Positions 49,980 to 61,062 of a DNA stretch of 64,000 nt are shown piece by piece (positions within the stretch are counted from its first letter, which is position 1; each line of letters starts with the position of its first letter). The position numbers were made by a program, and so were the translations under genes. The notes below the pieces were generated by a model that saw nothing but the letters and a program-made list of their open reading frames with translations, ran no database searches and was not told the DNA's origin. The DNA comes from an uncultured Bacteroidales bacterium (lineage in GTDB: Bacteria; Bacteroidota; Bacteroidia; Bacteroidales; WCHB1-69): NCBI GenBank assembly GCA_900316305.1, contig ONCM01000003.1:4762-68761 (forward strand), given 5' to 3'.

Positions 49980-51074
49980 ATGAAGCGGAGTCTCATTATA
50001 GGAATCTTATTGTTTACAGTCGGCGGGATGTCCTCAATGGCACAAACCGGCGGTAAATACATATATAACTTCCTGAACCTCAGTTATTCTTCAAGACTGA
50101 TGGGATTGGGAGGCAATCTGATTTCCGTTCACGATGACGACCCGACGCTGATGCTGACCAACCCGTCATACGTCAGCGACCGCCACCATAATCAGCTGGC
50201 ATTGAACTTCACCGACTACTTCACCACCAGCAACGCCATGTCCGCAGTCTATTCGCACACCTTCAACAAGGCGGGCAGTTTTTCGGCTGGTGTATGCGCC
50301 CTCACCTACGGCTCATTCCGGGGAGCGGACGAAAACGGCATTGAAACCGGCAAGTTCACCGCCGGCGACTACGCCCTTTTCATTGGCTGGGGCCGCGAAC
50401 TCTCCAACCATTTCGCCGTTGGCGCGAACCTCAAAACCATCTTCAGCCATTACGATGCCTATTATTCCGCCGGACTGGCCGTGGATGTCGCCGGCAGCTA
50501 TTTTGACACCGCTAGCAATCTGTCTCTCACATTGTTGTTTAAGAATATTGGCGGCCCAGTGAAATCTTACGCTCCAGGCAATTTCGAAAATCTGCCTTTT
50601 GACATCCAATTCGCGCTGTCACAACGGCTGAAACACGTCCCCATCCGCTACCACATCTCCCTCCACTCCCTCTACCGCTGGAACATGAACTATTACGGCC
50701 AAGACAATCCTTTCATCAGCACCGATGCCATCACCGGCGAACCGCAATACCCCTCCAAGATAGCGCAATTTGCGGACAACTTCTTCCGCCATTTCGTCAT
50801 CGGCTTGGAATTGGAACCCATCAAGTATTTCTCCATACAGGTGGCTTACAATCATAATGTCCACCAGGAAATGCGCGTAATTTCCCGAAAGTCTTTGGCA
50901 GGTTTTTCATACGGTATCCGACTGAACATCAAAGGTATAAGAGTTGGTTTCTCCCGACTCCACTACGCTATCGGCGCTACTCCGAACTGTTTTGATCTCG
51001 CCCTCGACTTTGAGGAATTGGCCAAGAACAGCAAAGAGAAAAAAGCAAAAAAATTAGAACGAATCACCCCTTAA
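49980..51074 (+). CDS. porQ: T9SS component PorQ
   Basis: Y.FL.L..S.R...LGG, NP, YG.F...DE.G, L.H.P......LH.L and GFS.G. Confidence 0.85.
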   Translation: MKRSLIIGILLFTVGGMSSMAQTGGKYIYNFLNLSYSSRLMGLGGNLISVHDDDPTLMLTNPSYVSDRHHNQLALNFTDYFTTSNAMSAVYSHTFNKAGSFSAGVCALTYGSFRGADENGIETGKFTAGDYALFIGWGRELSNHFAVGANLKTIFSHYDAYYSAGLAVDVAGSYFDTASNLSLTLLFKNIGGPVKSYAPGNFENLPFDIQFALSQRLKHVPIRYHISLHSLYRWNMNYYGQDNPFISTDAITGEPQYPSKIAQFADNFFRHFVIGLELEPIKYFSIQVAYNHNVHQEMRVISRKSLAGFSYGIRLNIKGIRVGFSRLHYAIGATPNCFDLALDFEELAKNSKEKKAKKLERITP

Positions 51075-51076
51075 CA

Positions 51077-52288
51077 ATGAATATACCCTTTTCACCGCCT
51101 CATATCGATGACGCGATCATCGAAGAAGTCGTCTCCGCGCTCCGCTCTGGATGGATCACCACTGGACCGCGCACCAAACTCTTTGAACAGAAACTGGCAG
51201 AATACTGCGGTATCCAACATGTCGAATGCGTCAACTCCGCTTCCGCCGGCATGGAGCTCGCCCTTCGCTGGTTCGGTATCGGGCCCGACGATGAGGTGAT
51301 CGTCCCCGCCTACACCTACACCGCCACCGCCGAAGTGGTGCTGCACTGCGGTGCCAAACTGGTTCTCGTCGATGTGAATGATGACCTGCTCATCGACGTG
51401 GACAAGGTTCGACAAGCCATCACCCCTAAAACCAAGGTGATTATGCCGGTGGATATCGTCGGCTTGCCTTGTGATTACCAAGAAATTCTTGATTTGGTGA
51501 ACGAGCCGGAAATTCGGAAACTGTTTCGTCCAGCCAACGACTGCCAAAGCACGCTGGGACGCATCCTGATTCTGGCCGATGCAGCCCACTCCCTCGGCGC
51601 TTACTACCAAGGAAAACACACTGGTGCCGTGGCCGATATCTCCGTCTTCTCCTTTCACGCGGTCAAAAACCTGACCACGGCAGAAGGCGGTGCCATCTGC
51701 CTCAACCTGCCCGAAACCTTCCACTCCGAGAGCATCAAGAAAGATTTCAACACGCTCTCCCTGCATGGCCAAACTAAAGACGCCTTCACGAAAACGAAAG
51801 CCGGAGCCTGGCGCTACGATGTCTGCACCATCGGCTACAAATGCAATATGACCGACGTGGCCGCTGCCATGGGTTTGGTGGAACTGGCACGCTATGACCA
51901 AAACATCCTACCTAAACGAAAGAAAATCTTTGACGCTTATAATCAAGCATTTGCGAATGACCCACGCTTCCGTGTGCCCACATACGTCACACCGACGAAA
52001 CAATCTTCGTACCACGTGTTCACGTTACGGGTAAACCATATCACGGAAGAACAGCGCGACTTAATAATTGTGAAGATGGCTGAAAATGGGGTGGCCGCCA
52101 ATGTACATTTCATTCCGCTGCCCATGCTGACCGCTTATAAGTCGTTAGGATTCAATATTCAAGACTATCCTAACGCCTATCGCCAATATGCTTGCGAAAT
52201 CAGTCTGCCTGTCTATTACGACCTCAGCGACGAGCAGGTCAACGAAGTGATTCGCGTACTGAAAGCCGCCGTTTCGGAAGTATTATAA
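51077..52288 (+). CDS. DegT/DnrJ/EryC1/StrS aminotransferase
   Basis: SGWITTGP, DAAHSLG, FSFHAVKNLTTAEGG and GYK.NM.D. Confidence 0.95.
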   Translation: MNIPFSPPHIDDAIIEEVVSALRSGWITTGPRTKLFEQKLAEYCGIQHVECVNSASAGMELALRWFGIGPDDEVIVPAYTYTATAEVVLHCGAKLVLVDVNDDLLIDVDKVRQAITPKTKVIMPVDIVGLPCDYQEILDLVNEPEIRKLFRPANDCQSTLGRILILADAAHSLGAYYQGKHTGAVADISVFSFHAVKNLTTAEGGAICLNLPETFHSESIKKDFNTLSLHGQTKDAFTKTKAGAWRYDVCTIGYKCNMTDVAAAMGLVELARYDQNILPKRKKIFDAYNQAFANDPRFRVPTYVTPTKQSSYHVFTLRVNHITEEQRDLIIVKMAENGVAANVHFIPLPMLTAYKSLGFNIQDYPNAYRQYACEISLPVYYDLSDEQVNEVIRVLKAAVSEVL

Positions 52289-52867
52289 GTTGTACCATTC
52301 GGGGTGGGCGTGAGGCTTGTCCTCCAAATTGAACTGCCCCTTGCGATAACCCTCAAGGCCATAATATTGCGCCTGGATTTCCTGAATGTCCTTCTCGTAA
52401 TCGCCCGTCGGCTCAAAAATGGACATGATGCCGCACGTGCGCGTCTTGTAATCGATATAGCCCAAACTGATCGGCACACCGGCCTCCATCGCTATCTGGT
52501 AAAATCCGCGTTTCCACTTCTCTACCCTCTTGCGAGTGCCTTCCGGACAGATAATCAACGTGATACGGTCACGTTCCTTGATGATATTGGCGGCATAGTC
52601 CACGAAATTCCGAGCATGTTTCCGATCCACAGGAATGCCTCCTAACTTCTTCAGTATCAGATTCAACGGGAAGAAGAAAAACTCCTTCTTGATGATGGTG
52701 CTGGCATGCAAGTCATAATACTGCATGGCCGACAATCCAATGATGAAATCCATCAATGAGGTGTGTGGCGCCATCATCAGAACGCTTTTGGGAAGGGTGC
52801 CTTCCGGTCTAGGGTAGGGAATGGGTTTCAAACGATATACGTATTTGAAAAGGAACGTGCTAATCAT
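52283..52867 (-). CDS. 1-acyl-sn-glycerol-3-phosphate acyltransferase family protein
   Basis: APHTS..D, GGIPVDR, PEGTR and WK.GFY.IA. Confidence 0.92.
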   Translation of the reverse strand: MISTFLFKYVYRLKPIPYPRPEGTLPKSVLMMAPHTSLMDFIIGLSAMQYYDLHASTIIKKEFFFFPLNLILKKLGGIPVDRKHARNFVDYAANIIKERDRITLIICPEGTRKRVEKWKRGFYQIAMEAGVPISLGYIDYKTRTCGIMSIFEPTGDYEKDIQEIQAQYYGLEGYRKGQFNLEDKPHAHPEWYNL

Positions 52868-53774
52868 GATTCAAACTATTGATTATAAACTTATTATCTT
52901 GAAAATAGCCCTCGATTTTACATCCGCAACGAAGGGCGCGGTTATCGGCCAAATGACCGGCAGGCACATTGAACACCACCGGACAGTCCAAATCCTGACA
53001 ATAGTCGGCGACAATCTCTTCGGCCGTCTTTCCGAAAGGAATCGTGTTGTCATGCATATCACTCAAATGCCCGACCAACAATGCTTTGATATGCGAAAAC
53101 TTCCCGCTACGCTTCAAATTGAGCACCATACGGTCGATATGATAGAGATATTCGTCTAAATCTTCGAAAAAGAGGACTTTATCCGTTGTATCCACATCCG
53201 ACGGGGAACCCATCAACGAATAGAGCATGGAAAGGTTGCCTCCTGTCAAGGTTCCGGAAAACTCCCCAAGACGTGACAAAGGGTGATTTTCCAACTCGTA
53301 AATCAAATCTTGACCCTTAATGGCCGACAAAAAACTCTGAGCAGCAAAGCTTTGCAATCTTTCATCCGTGATATTGATGGGCATCGTGGCATGAATCGTG
53401 GCCGTATTCAGATGCCGCTGAATATGACTGTGGAAAACGGTGATGTCGCTATAACCGCATATCCATTTCGGATGCTGACGAAAGTGGGTGAAATTCAATC
53501 GGTCGATGATACGGGCAGAACCATAACCCCCTCTGACACACCAAATTAATTTCACATCATCGTTGTCCAACAGACTTTGGAAATAGTCGGCTCGCACCTG
53601 GTCACTGCCTGCAAACTGGTGCTCCTCGGCGAAAAGTCTATCGTCATAAAAAACGTTAAAACCCTCGCTTTTGAGCCAATTTTCAGCGGGTAGAATTTCC
53701 TGTTCGGAAATCTTACGGGCGGGGGCGGCCAACGCCACCGTATCGCCAGGAACCAGATATGGAGGTATGATCAT
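52860..53774 (-). CDS. LD-carboxypeptidase (S66)
   Basis: RGGYGS, GYSDIT, GGNLS, ED..E and GH. Confidence 0.95.
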   Translation of the reverse strand: MIIPPYLVPGDTVALAAPARKISEQEILPAENWLKSEGFNVFYDDRLFAEEHQFAGSDQVRADYFQSLLDNDDVKLIWCVRGGYGSARIIDRLNFTHFRQHPKWICGYSDITVFHSHIQRHLNTATIHATMPINITDERLQSFAAQSFLSAIKGQDLIYELENHPLSRLGEFSGTLTGGNLSMLYSLMGSPSDVDTTDKVLFFEDLDEYLYHIDRMVLNLKRSGKFSHIKALLVGHLSDMHDNTIPFGKTAEEIVADYCQDLDCPVVFNVPAGHLADNRALRCGCKIEGYFQDNKFIINSLNHD

Positions 53775-54625
53775 AAGGCAATATGGTTTTCAGCAAGAAT
53801 CTGCAACGTCAACTCTCTCAACAATTTACGCTGTTCTGTATTCCGGTAAAAACGTTTTTTATGTGGAGCTGGTTTGCAATTCTTGAAAATTCTTCCCGTA
53901 ACATTCTGATATTGAGGATCTATAGCGGCCGCTAACATCGTGGCGGCACCCTGTTCCGGCGTGTTGATCAACGGACGGAAAATCCAATCGCACAACGTAT
54001 CGACCACTTTGTTATCCATCCGTATAATGTTGGTACTCACGATAAAAGGATCGGCAACATTGAAACAGATACCCTCTTCCTTCCACGCTTCAGAAGCGTC
54101 CAGCATAAAGTAGTAGAGCCCAAGTTTGGAATTGGCGTACGCCTTGAAACGGTCGTATTCCCGCTGCGTCTTCGGAGTAAACATCTCCGGGGTGATTTTG
54201 GCAATCATATAGGAAAGGGAAATCATACTGACGATGCGGGTCCCTTTCCCCATAATCGGATGCAACAGATTCGTTAATGTGTAGTGTCCCAGATAGTTGA
54301 CAGCCATCGTGTATTCAATGTTGTTGACACTGGTTTTGGCATGGCTGGGCAGCACTCCGGCATTGTTGAGCAAAATCTGCAAAGAGGGGAAACGGCTCTT
54401 CACCTCATCGGCAAAACGCACAATATCCGACAAATTGCCGAGATCCAGCGACATAACATGGAACGTACCGCCCGTCTCCTTGCGAATTTCCTCCATCACG
54501 GGTTGCGCGGCAGCCTCGTCAATGCAGGCCATAATCACCTCATAACCCGCCTTGGCCAACTCCCGAACGTGAATCCGGCCCATCCCTCCATCAGCACCTG
54601 TCACTAATGCGACTCCTCTGCTCAT
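53771..54625 (-). CDS. SDR oxidoreductase
   Basis: TGA.GG.G, NNAG, NYLGH and YANSK. Confidence 0.92.
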   Translation of the reverse strand: MSRGVALVTGADGGMGRIHVRELAKAGYEVIMACIDEAAAQPVMEEIRKETGGTFHVMSLDLGNLSDIVRFADEVKSRFPSLQILLNNAGVLPSHAKTSVNNIEYTMAVNYLGHYTLTNLLHPIMGKGTRIVSMISLSYMIAKITPEMFTPKTQREYDRFKAYANSKLGLYYFMLDASEAWKEEGICFNVADPFIVSTNIIRMDNKVVDTLCDWIFRPLINTPEQGAATMLAAAIDPQYQNVTGRIFKNCKPAPHKKRFYRNTEQRKLLRELTLQILAENHIAL

Positions 54626-54661
54626 CCTACTCTCTTTAACAATTATTAACCGAAATAAAAG

Positions 54662-54907
54662 CTAATTTTCCTTACACAGTACAACATGGTGGACATGTCT
54701 TACAGAATCCATGTCAAAAGTCTCATCTTTGTTGAAGGATTCGCAATCGCCACGCGTGAAATTGTTCACTGTATCGATCTCATTGCTTATGATACTGTCA
54801 TTCAACGTAACCACATTGGTGGAAATACAATTGCATTCCTTCATTCCACAAGAAGCAAAGCATAAAATGCCTGCAATTGTGCATAAAATAACGGCTATTT
54901 TTTTCAT
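54662..54907 (-). CDS. Small Cys-containing lipoprotein
   Basis: Lipobox FASC, C.C plus two further Cys, 81 aa. Confidence 0.65.
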   Translation of the reverse strand: MKKIAVILCTIAGILCFASCGMKECNCISTNVVTLNDSIISNEIDTVNNFTRGDCESFNKDETFDMDSVRHVHHVVLCKEN

Positions 54908-54918
54908 TCTCTTAAAGT

Positions 54919-55350
54919 TTAGGCTTCTTTTGCAGTACATGCCAACGCATATAACTTGATTTGTTTGATCATGGAGGCCAATCCGTTGGATCGGGTGGGG
55001 GAGAGGTGGTTTTTGAGTCCGATAGCATCCAGATAGGACAAATCGTTGTCGAGAATCTCCTGCGGGGTATGTCCTGACAGCACTCTAATCAACAGATTGA
55101 CAATACCTTTCGTGATAATAGCATCGCTATCAGCGGAAAAATAGAGTTTGCCATCCTTGTATTCCGGATGCAACCACACCTGTGACTGGCAACCGCTGAT
55201 CAAAAATTCCTCCGTTTTGAACTGCGGATCAATCATCGGCAAATCCTTCCCTAACTCTATTATATAATTGTATTTGTCCATCCAGTCATCGAACATTTCG
55301 AACTCCTGGATTAACTCTTCTTCCTTTTCTTTCATCGTATTCATAACCAA
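54919..55350 (-). CDS. sufE: SufE cysteine desulfuration protein
   Basis: W..KY..II.LGK.LP, GCQSQVW, DSDA.I.KG and SPTR.NGL. Confidence 0.95.
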   Translation of the reverse strand: MVMNTMKEKEEELIQEFEMFDDWMDKYNYIIELGKDLPMIDPQFKTEEFLISGCQSQVWLHPEYKDGKLYFSADSDAIITKGIVNLLIRVLSGHTPQEILDNDLSYLDAIGLKNHLSPTRSNGLASMIKQIKLYALACTAKEA

Positions 55351-55422
55351 TATCCTTTATTTGAGCAACTTACGTAATTACAAACTATGCCGCAAAAATA
55401 ATAAAAAGGTCGAATCAACGGG

Positions 55423-57447
55423 TTAATATTCCCGAATGCGGTTTTCAATCTCTATGATGACATCCCGGCACTGCGCGGCAAGATCAAAATCGAGCTCCTT
55501 CACGGCCTTGTCCATCTTCTTCCGTAACTCTTTCTTCTTCTTCTCCAGCTGCTCCACGTTGTACATGGACATATCTTCCGCCACAGACGGCAATTTCTTC
55601 TCTTTCTGCACATATTGTCCGACACTTTTCTTGGCTTTTCCATTCTCGCCAGACATGCCCGTAAGCAACATCTCATCGGATTTCACCACTCCTTTTGGGG
55701 TAATATGATGCAACTCATTGTAGGCTATCTGTTTGGAACGGCGACGGTTAGTCTCATCGATGGTCGCCTGCATCGATTTGGTGATCTTGTTGGCATAAAA
55801 GATCACCCGCCCGTTCACGTGACGCGCAGCACGACCGGCCGTCTGCGTCAGCGAGCGCACATTGCGCAGGAAACCCTCCTTGTCGGCGTCCATGATGGCC
55901 ACCAAGGAGACCTCCGGCAAGTCAAGACCTTCTCTCAACAAGTTGACACCTACTAACACGTCAATGGCACCGGCACGCAGGTTCTGCAGAATCTCCACCC
56001 GATCCAACGTTTCCACATCTGAATGGATGTAACAGGCTCTGATTCCGATATTTATGAGGTAAGTGTTCAACTCTTCGGCCATGCGCTTGGTCAATGTCGT
56101 CACTAGCACACGCTCGCCTTTATCCACTGTATCCTCAATCTCATTGAGCAGATCATCAACCTGATTGGTCGCGGGTCGTACTTCAATAGGCGGATCCAAC
56201 AGTCCCGTGGGCCGTACCACCTGCTCCACCACGATGCCGCCCGACTGCTCCAATTCATAGTCTGCTGGCGTGGCACTCATGTAAATGGTCTGCCCGACCA
56301 GTGCCTCGAATTCGTCGAACTTCAACGGTCGGTTGTCCAAAGCCGCGGGCAATCGGAATCCGTACTCCACAAGGTTGATTTTACGGGAACGGTCACCGCC
56401 ATACATAGCTCCGATTTGCGGCACCGTGACGTGACTTTCGTCAATTACCAGCACAAAATCGTCAGGGAAAAAGTCCAAAATGCAGAACGGCCGCATCCCC
56501 GGTTCGCGCTTGTCAAAATAGCGCGAATAGTTCTCAATGCCTGAGCAGTATCCCAACTCCTTCATCATCTCGATATCATACGTCACACGATCTTCCAACC
56601 GTTTGGCTTCCAAATGTTTACCGATGGATTTGAAGTAGTCGCGCTGCTCACCCAAATCTAGCGTGATTTGGTTAATGGCCTCATTCATGGTCTGTTGTGT
56701 CGTGACAAAAATGCTGGCGGGATAAATGACAATGTTCTCCTCTTTGGTGATGACCCCGCCTGTGGCCGCTTCAATAACAGCCAATGACTCAATCTCATCG
56801 TCCCAAAAGATAATGCGATAGGCGTGTTCGCTATAGGGCGGGAAAATATCCACCGTATCACCCTTCACGCGGAATTGTCCGCCCTGCAAATCAAGTTCCG
56901 TACGAGAATAAAGACTGGACACGAACTTGAGTAACAACGCGTTACGGTCAATTTTCATCCCCGTATGCAGATGAATCACGTTTTTGGAAAAGTCCTCTGG
57001 ATTGCCAATACCGTAAATACAAGATACTGAAGCAACTACAATCACATCGCGGCGACCTGACATCAGCGCAGCCGTCGTATGCAGCCGCAATTTCTCAATC
57101 TCATCGTTGATGGACAGATCCTTTTCAATATAAGTATTAGTGGTCGGGATATAGGCTTCAGGCTGGTAATAATCGTAGTAAGAAACGTAGTATTCTACCG
57201 CATTTTCCGGGAAAAACTGCTTAAACTCACTGTAAAGCTGCGCAGCGAGAGTCTTGTTGTGACTCAAAACCAATGCCGGACGATTCACCTGGTTCAGCAC
57301 ATTGGCTATGGTGAATGTCTTGCCCGATCCTGTGACTCCAAGCAACGTCTGCGCCTTGTCGCCACGGTTCAACCCCGCCACCAACTGTTTGATGGCCTCC
57401 GGCTGGTCGCCCGACGGTTCGTAGGAAGATACGAGTTTATAATTCAT
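55423..57447 (-). CDS. uvrB: Excinuclease ABC subunit B
   Basis: GDQP.AI, GVTGSGKT, YYDYYQPEAY, DESH and a C-terminal UVR domain. Confidence 0.99.
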   Translation of the reverse strand: MNYKLVSSYEPSGDQPEAIKQLVAGLNRGDKAQTLLGVTGSGKTFTIANVLNQVNRPALVLSHNKTLAAQLYSEFKQFFPENAVEYYVSYYDYYQPEAYIPTTNTYIEKDLSINDEIEKLRLHTTAALMSGRRDVIVVASVSCIYGIGNPEDFSKNVIHLHTGMKIDRNALLLKFVSSLYSRTELDLQGGQFRVKGDTVDIFPPYSEHAYRIIFWDDEIESLAVIEAATGGVITKEENIVIYPASIFVTTQQTMNEAINQITLDLGEQRDYFKSIGKHLEAKRLEDRVTYDIEMMKELGYCSGIENYSRYFDKREPGMRPFCILDFFPDDFVLVIDESHVTVPQIGAMYGGDRSRKINLVEYGFRLPAALDNRPLKFDEFEALVGQTIYMSATPADYELEQSGGIVVEQVVRPTGLLDPPIEVRPATNQVDDLLNEIEDTVDKGERVLVTTLTKRMAEELNTYLINIGIRACYIHSDVETLDRVEILQNLRAGAIDVLVGVNLLREGLDLPEVSLVAIMDADKEGFLRNVRSLTQTAGRAARHVNGRVIFYANKITKSMQATIDETNRRRSKQIAYNELHHITPKGVVKSDEMLLTGMSGENGKAKKSVGQYVQKEKKLPSVAEDMSMYNVEQLEKKKKELRKKMDKAVKELDFDLAAQCRDVIIEIENRIREY

Positions 57448-57474
57448 ATTGCCTGTTGCCTAATTACCAAAAAC

Positions 57475-57509
57475 AACAAAACGCCGATTAAGAAAACCGG
57501 CGTTTTGTT
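57475..57509 (-). terminator. Terminator after the 57531..58088 gene
   Basis: AACAAAACGCCG...CGGCGTTTTGTT. Confidence 0.75.
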
Positions 57510-57530
57510 TAATTCTTTGCAAAATAACTA

Positions 57531-58088
57531 TTAGTGGAATCTGTAACGAAGACCAACGCCGAAGTTGTAAAGACCACCGAGAACAGCATCGCGTCTCGTG
57601 TAGTAGGGATTCACCATACCCATTACATTGATCATCGGACGCCAGTCAACAGTAAGGTTCAACGGAATACCGAATTCCCATTCGAAACCAATTTGACCAC
57701 CGACATTCAAGCGGAAAGGCATATAAGGCGCATCATAATAATAATCATCGTAAATTAAACCGTCATAAATAGAACCTTTTCTGCTGAAATGTCCATATCC
57801 GGCACCATAACCAAAACCAACGCCAACTGCGGGACCCACAAACCAATTCCAAATACCTTTAATATTAAATGTCCAATCAAAAGCAGCAGTTGCATTCAAT
57901 GATGTGAAACCAGTCCACATATCACCTATGCCAGCTGTCAAATCCATGTACATTCCATCATTAAGGGAGTGCTGATAAGAAAATTCTTCATAGTTCCAAC
58001 CCAAACGGCCACCGATGGCGCGCGGTTGTGCGAACGCAACACTTGCAACTGCAAGCATAATAACCATTGTTGTAAAAATCTTTTTCAT
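57531..58088 (-). CDS. Outer-membrane beta-barrel protein
   Basis: Signal peptide, AIGGRLG, SYQH, GQIG.E..F.IPL.L..DWRP and terminal RYRF. Confidence 0.85.
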   Translation of the reverse strand: MKKIFTTMVIMLAVASVAFAQPRAIGGRLGWNYEEFSYQHSLNDGMYMDLTAGIGDMWTGFTSLNATAAFDWTFNIKGIWNWFVGPAVGVGFGYGAGYGHFSRKGSIYDGLIYDDYYYDAPYMPFRLNVGGQIGFEWEFGIPLNLTVDWRPMINVMGMVNPYYTRRDAVLGGLYNFGVGLRYRFH

Positions 58089-58299
58089 ACTTTTGGTTTT
58101 TAAGTGATTAATTTTTGAAAGTGCAAAATTAGCTTTTTTTAACATTTTCAATTCCTGAAGAATAATTTAGTTATAAACAGGTCAATATTCATAACTCACC
58201 CCTTATTGAACCGTGTAACCATCTAACAGTATAACCTAAAAAATTCTATCTTTGCACTTTTCAACTTATCAAAACAATAACCACTAAAATACTGATAAT

Positions 58300-60348
58300 A
58301 TGAAAGATATAAAACGTTACACCATTACTTCCGCGCTGCCATACGCCAATGGTCCCGTGCATATCGGACACCTCGCCGGCGTGTATGTGCCCGCTGACAT
58401 CTACGTACGCTACCTGCGCAACAACGGCAAGGAAGTGCTCTTCATCGGTGGCTCCGACGAACACGGCGTACCCATTACCATCAAGGCCCGCAAAGAAGGC
58501 GTGACCCCACAAGATATTGTCGATCGCTACCATGCCATTATCAAGAAATCTTTCGAAGACCTCGGCATCTCGTTCGATATTTACTCCCGCACGTCAAATC
58601 CCACGCACCACGAAACAGCCGCTGAATATTTCAAATATCTGTATGATCACGGCAAACTGATTGAAAAAACATCCCAACAATACTATGACGAGGAAGCACA
58701 CGAGTTCCTTGCCGACCGCTACATCACTGGTACTTGTCCACACTGCAACAACGAGCACGCTTACGGCGACCAATGCGAAGCTTGCGGTACCTCCCTCAGT
58801 GCCACAGACTTAATCAATCCGAAGTCAGCACTCAGCGGCAACACGCCTGTACTGAAAGAGACCAAACACTGGTATCTTCCTCTGAATGAATATGATGGAT
58901 GGTTGAGAGAATGGATTCTGCAAGGACATAAAGCTGATTGGAGACCGACCGTTTATGGTCAGTGTAAGTCATGGATTGAGCAAGGTCTGCAGCCTCGTGC
59001 CGTCACCCGCGACCTCTCCTGGGGTGTGAAAGTCCCGCTGGAAAACGCTGAAGGCAAGGTACTCTACGTCTGGTTCGATGCTCCAATCGGTTATATTTCA
59101 GCCACTAAGGAATGGGCTAAGGCGCACAATACCGATTGGAAACCGTGGTGGCAGGATGAAAGCTCTAAACTGGTGCACTTCATCGGTAAGGACAATATTG
59201 TCTTCCACTGCATCATCTTCCCTTGCATGTTGAAAGCGCATGGCGACTACATTCTTCCTGATAATGTGCCCGCCAATGAGTTCCTTAATCTCGAAGGCGA
59301 CAAAATTTCCACTTCCCGCAACTGGGCAGTTTGGGCACACGAATATGTGGAGGATTTCCCTGGTAAACAGGATGTTCTGCGTTATACGCTTACCTCCATT
59401 GCACCGGAAACCAAAGATGCTGACTTCACTTGGGCGGATTTCCAAGCCAAAAACAATAACGAGCTGCTTGCTATTTTCGGCAACTTTGTCAACAGAACAG
59501 TGGTGCTTTCCCACAAATACTACGGTGGAATCGTCCCTGAATGCGGGAAACTTACTGATTATGAGAAGGAAATCATCGAAAAAATGGCCAAATTCCCTGC
59601 CATTATTGCGGATTCCATTGAACATTACAAGTTCCGTGAAGCACAAGCTGAGCTGATGAATTTGGCCCGTCTCGGCAACAAATACCTCACCGACACTGAA
59701 CCTTGGAAAAAGCAAAAAGAGGATCCAGAATACGTCAAAACCATTTTGCACATTTCGTTGCAGATTTGCGCTTCTCTATCCATCCTTTGCGAACCTTTCC
59801 TGCCGTTTACCGCACAAAAATTGCAGAAAATGCTCAATATAAACAACAAGAATTGGGCAGACGGCGGTCGTCATGATCTGTTAAAAGCTGGTGCTCAATT
59901 GAATCCGGCTGAATATCTGTTCGAAAAGATTGAGGATGAGACCATTGCCAAACAAGTACAGAAACTGCAGGACACCAAGAAGCAAAACGAAGTGGCCAAT
60001 GCGGAAGCTGTTCAGGCTAAAGAGGATGTCACCTTTGATGACTTCCAGAAGATGGATATTAGAGTGGTCACCGTTTTGGCAGCCGAAAAGGTGGCTAAAA
60101 CCAAGAAACTGTTGAAACTCAAGGTAAATACCGGCGTAGATACTCGCGAAATCATCTCCGGTATTGCAGAATATTACCAACCGGAGGATTTGGTTGGCAA
60201 ACAAGTGCTGATGCTCATCAACCTTGCACCTAAAAACATCAAGGGCGTGGATTCACACGGTATGGTTCTCATGGCCGAGAACGCCGACGGCTCTCTTTCG
60301 GTTATGCAACCGCAGAAACCTGTGAAAGAGGGAAGTACTGTCAAATGA
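58300..60348 (+). CDS. metG: Methionyl-tRNA synthetase
   Basis: PYANG..HIGH, zinc knuckle, YVWFDA, KISTS and a C-terminal tRNA-binding domain. Confidence 0.99.
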   Translation: MKDIKRYTITSALPYANGPVHIGHLAGVYVPADIYVRYLRNNGKEVLFIGGSDEHGVPITIKARKEGVTPQDIVDRYHAIIKKSFEDLGISFDIYSRTSNPTHHETAAEYFKYLYDHGKLIEKTSQQYYDEEAHEFLADRYITGTCPHCNNEHAYGDQCEACGTSLSATDLINPKSALSGNTPVLKETKHWYLPLNEYDGWLREWILQGHKADWRPTVYGQCKSWIEQGLQPRAVTRDLSWGVKVPLENAEGKVLYVWFDAPIGYISATKEWAKAHNTDWKPWWQDESSKLVHFIGKDNIVFHCIIFPCMLKAHGDYILPDNVPANEFLNLEGDKISTSRNWAVWAHEYVEDFPGKQDVLRYTLTSIAPETKDADFTWADFQAKNNNELLAIFGNFVNRTVVLSHKYYGGIVPECGKLTDYEKEIIEKMAKFPAIIADSIEHYKFREAQAELMNLARLGNKYLTDTEPWKKQKEDPEYVKTILHISLQICASLSILCEPFLPFTAQKLQKMLNINNKNWADGGRHDLLKAGAQLNPAEYLFEKIEDETIAKQVQKLQDTKKQNEVANAEAVQAKEDVTFDDFQKMDIRVVTVLAAEKVAKTKKLLKLKVNTGVDTREIISGIAEYYQPEDLVGKQVLMLINLAPKNIKGVDSHGMVLMAENADGSLSVMQPQKPVKEGSTVK

Positions 60349-60508
60349 CGATGAATATGCGATGAATATACGATGAATATACGATGAATATACGATGAAT
60401 ATACGATGAATATACGATGAAAGACGATGAATTATCATCGTCTTTTTTCATCGGTTTTCATCGTTTTTTTCATCGGTTTTCATCGTTTTATTCATCGTTC
60501 TTCATCGT
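60349..60508. repeat. CGATGAA tandem array (8 forward) followed by 7 inverted TCATCG copies
   Basis: Read directly. Symmetric about GACGATGA-ATTA-TCATCGTC at 60423-60442. Confidence 0.9.
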
Positions 60509-60509
60509 A

Positions 60510-61030
60510 AATCGTGCAACGATTTTATCTGCAGTCAATTGCGGCAAAACACCAATAAAATAAGGAGTTTTCAAACATATAAACAAAGAAATGAGTATGA
60601 GAAAATTAGGAGGTTACCAACATAAAAATGTTTATAAAATGACGAGTTATCCAAATAACGCGAGTTACGATTTGAAATCTCTGTGCATAAAAATTGGATA
60701 AATAAAAACTGCACAAAAAAGGGAATTTTTGAACACTATTTTTGAACTTTTGGACACGGTTAAAAACCGTAAACTTATCCACTGATAAAATTTAAAAAGA
60801 AAATGTCGGGCGTATATTCATTCTTGAAATCTGATAGTTAGAATTAACATTATTCACTTTGGACTGTTTATTACTTTTAATAACTCACTTTTCCAAATTT
60901 TTCTGGGATTTTCTTTCAACCTTTTCAACAGACTTAATAGTCATAGAAATCAAAATTTAAATCATTTAGAATAGAAATGGGTGACGTAAAAAATGAAAGG
61001 ATTGGGTCGTTTCGACATTCATCTTTTTTG
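60510..61030. other. Candidate chromosomal replication origin (oriC)
   Basis: AT-rich gap with no ORF. DnaA-box-like 9-mers: TTATCCAAA 60647, TGTGCATAA 60682, ATTGGATAA 60693, TTATCCACT 60775, TTATTCACT 60850 and TTTTCAACA 60922. Confidence 0.55.
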
Positions 61031-61062
61031 TATTTTTGCAGCCAATATATAAAGTGGAAAAA

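Noticed and set aside
60349-60508. Possible CRISPR array
   Set aside because: Units are 10-12 bp with no unique spacers, and there are no cas genes.
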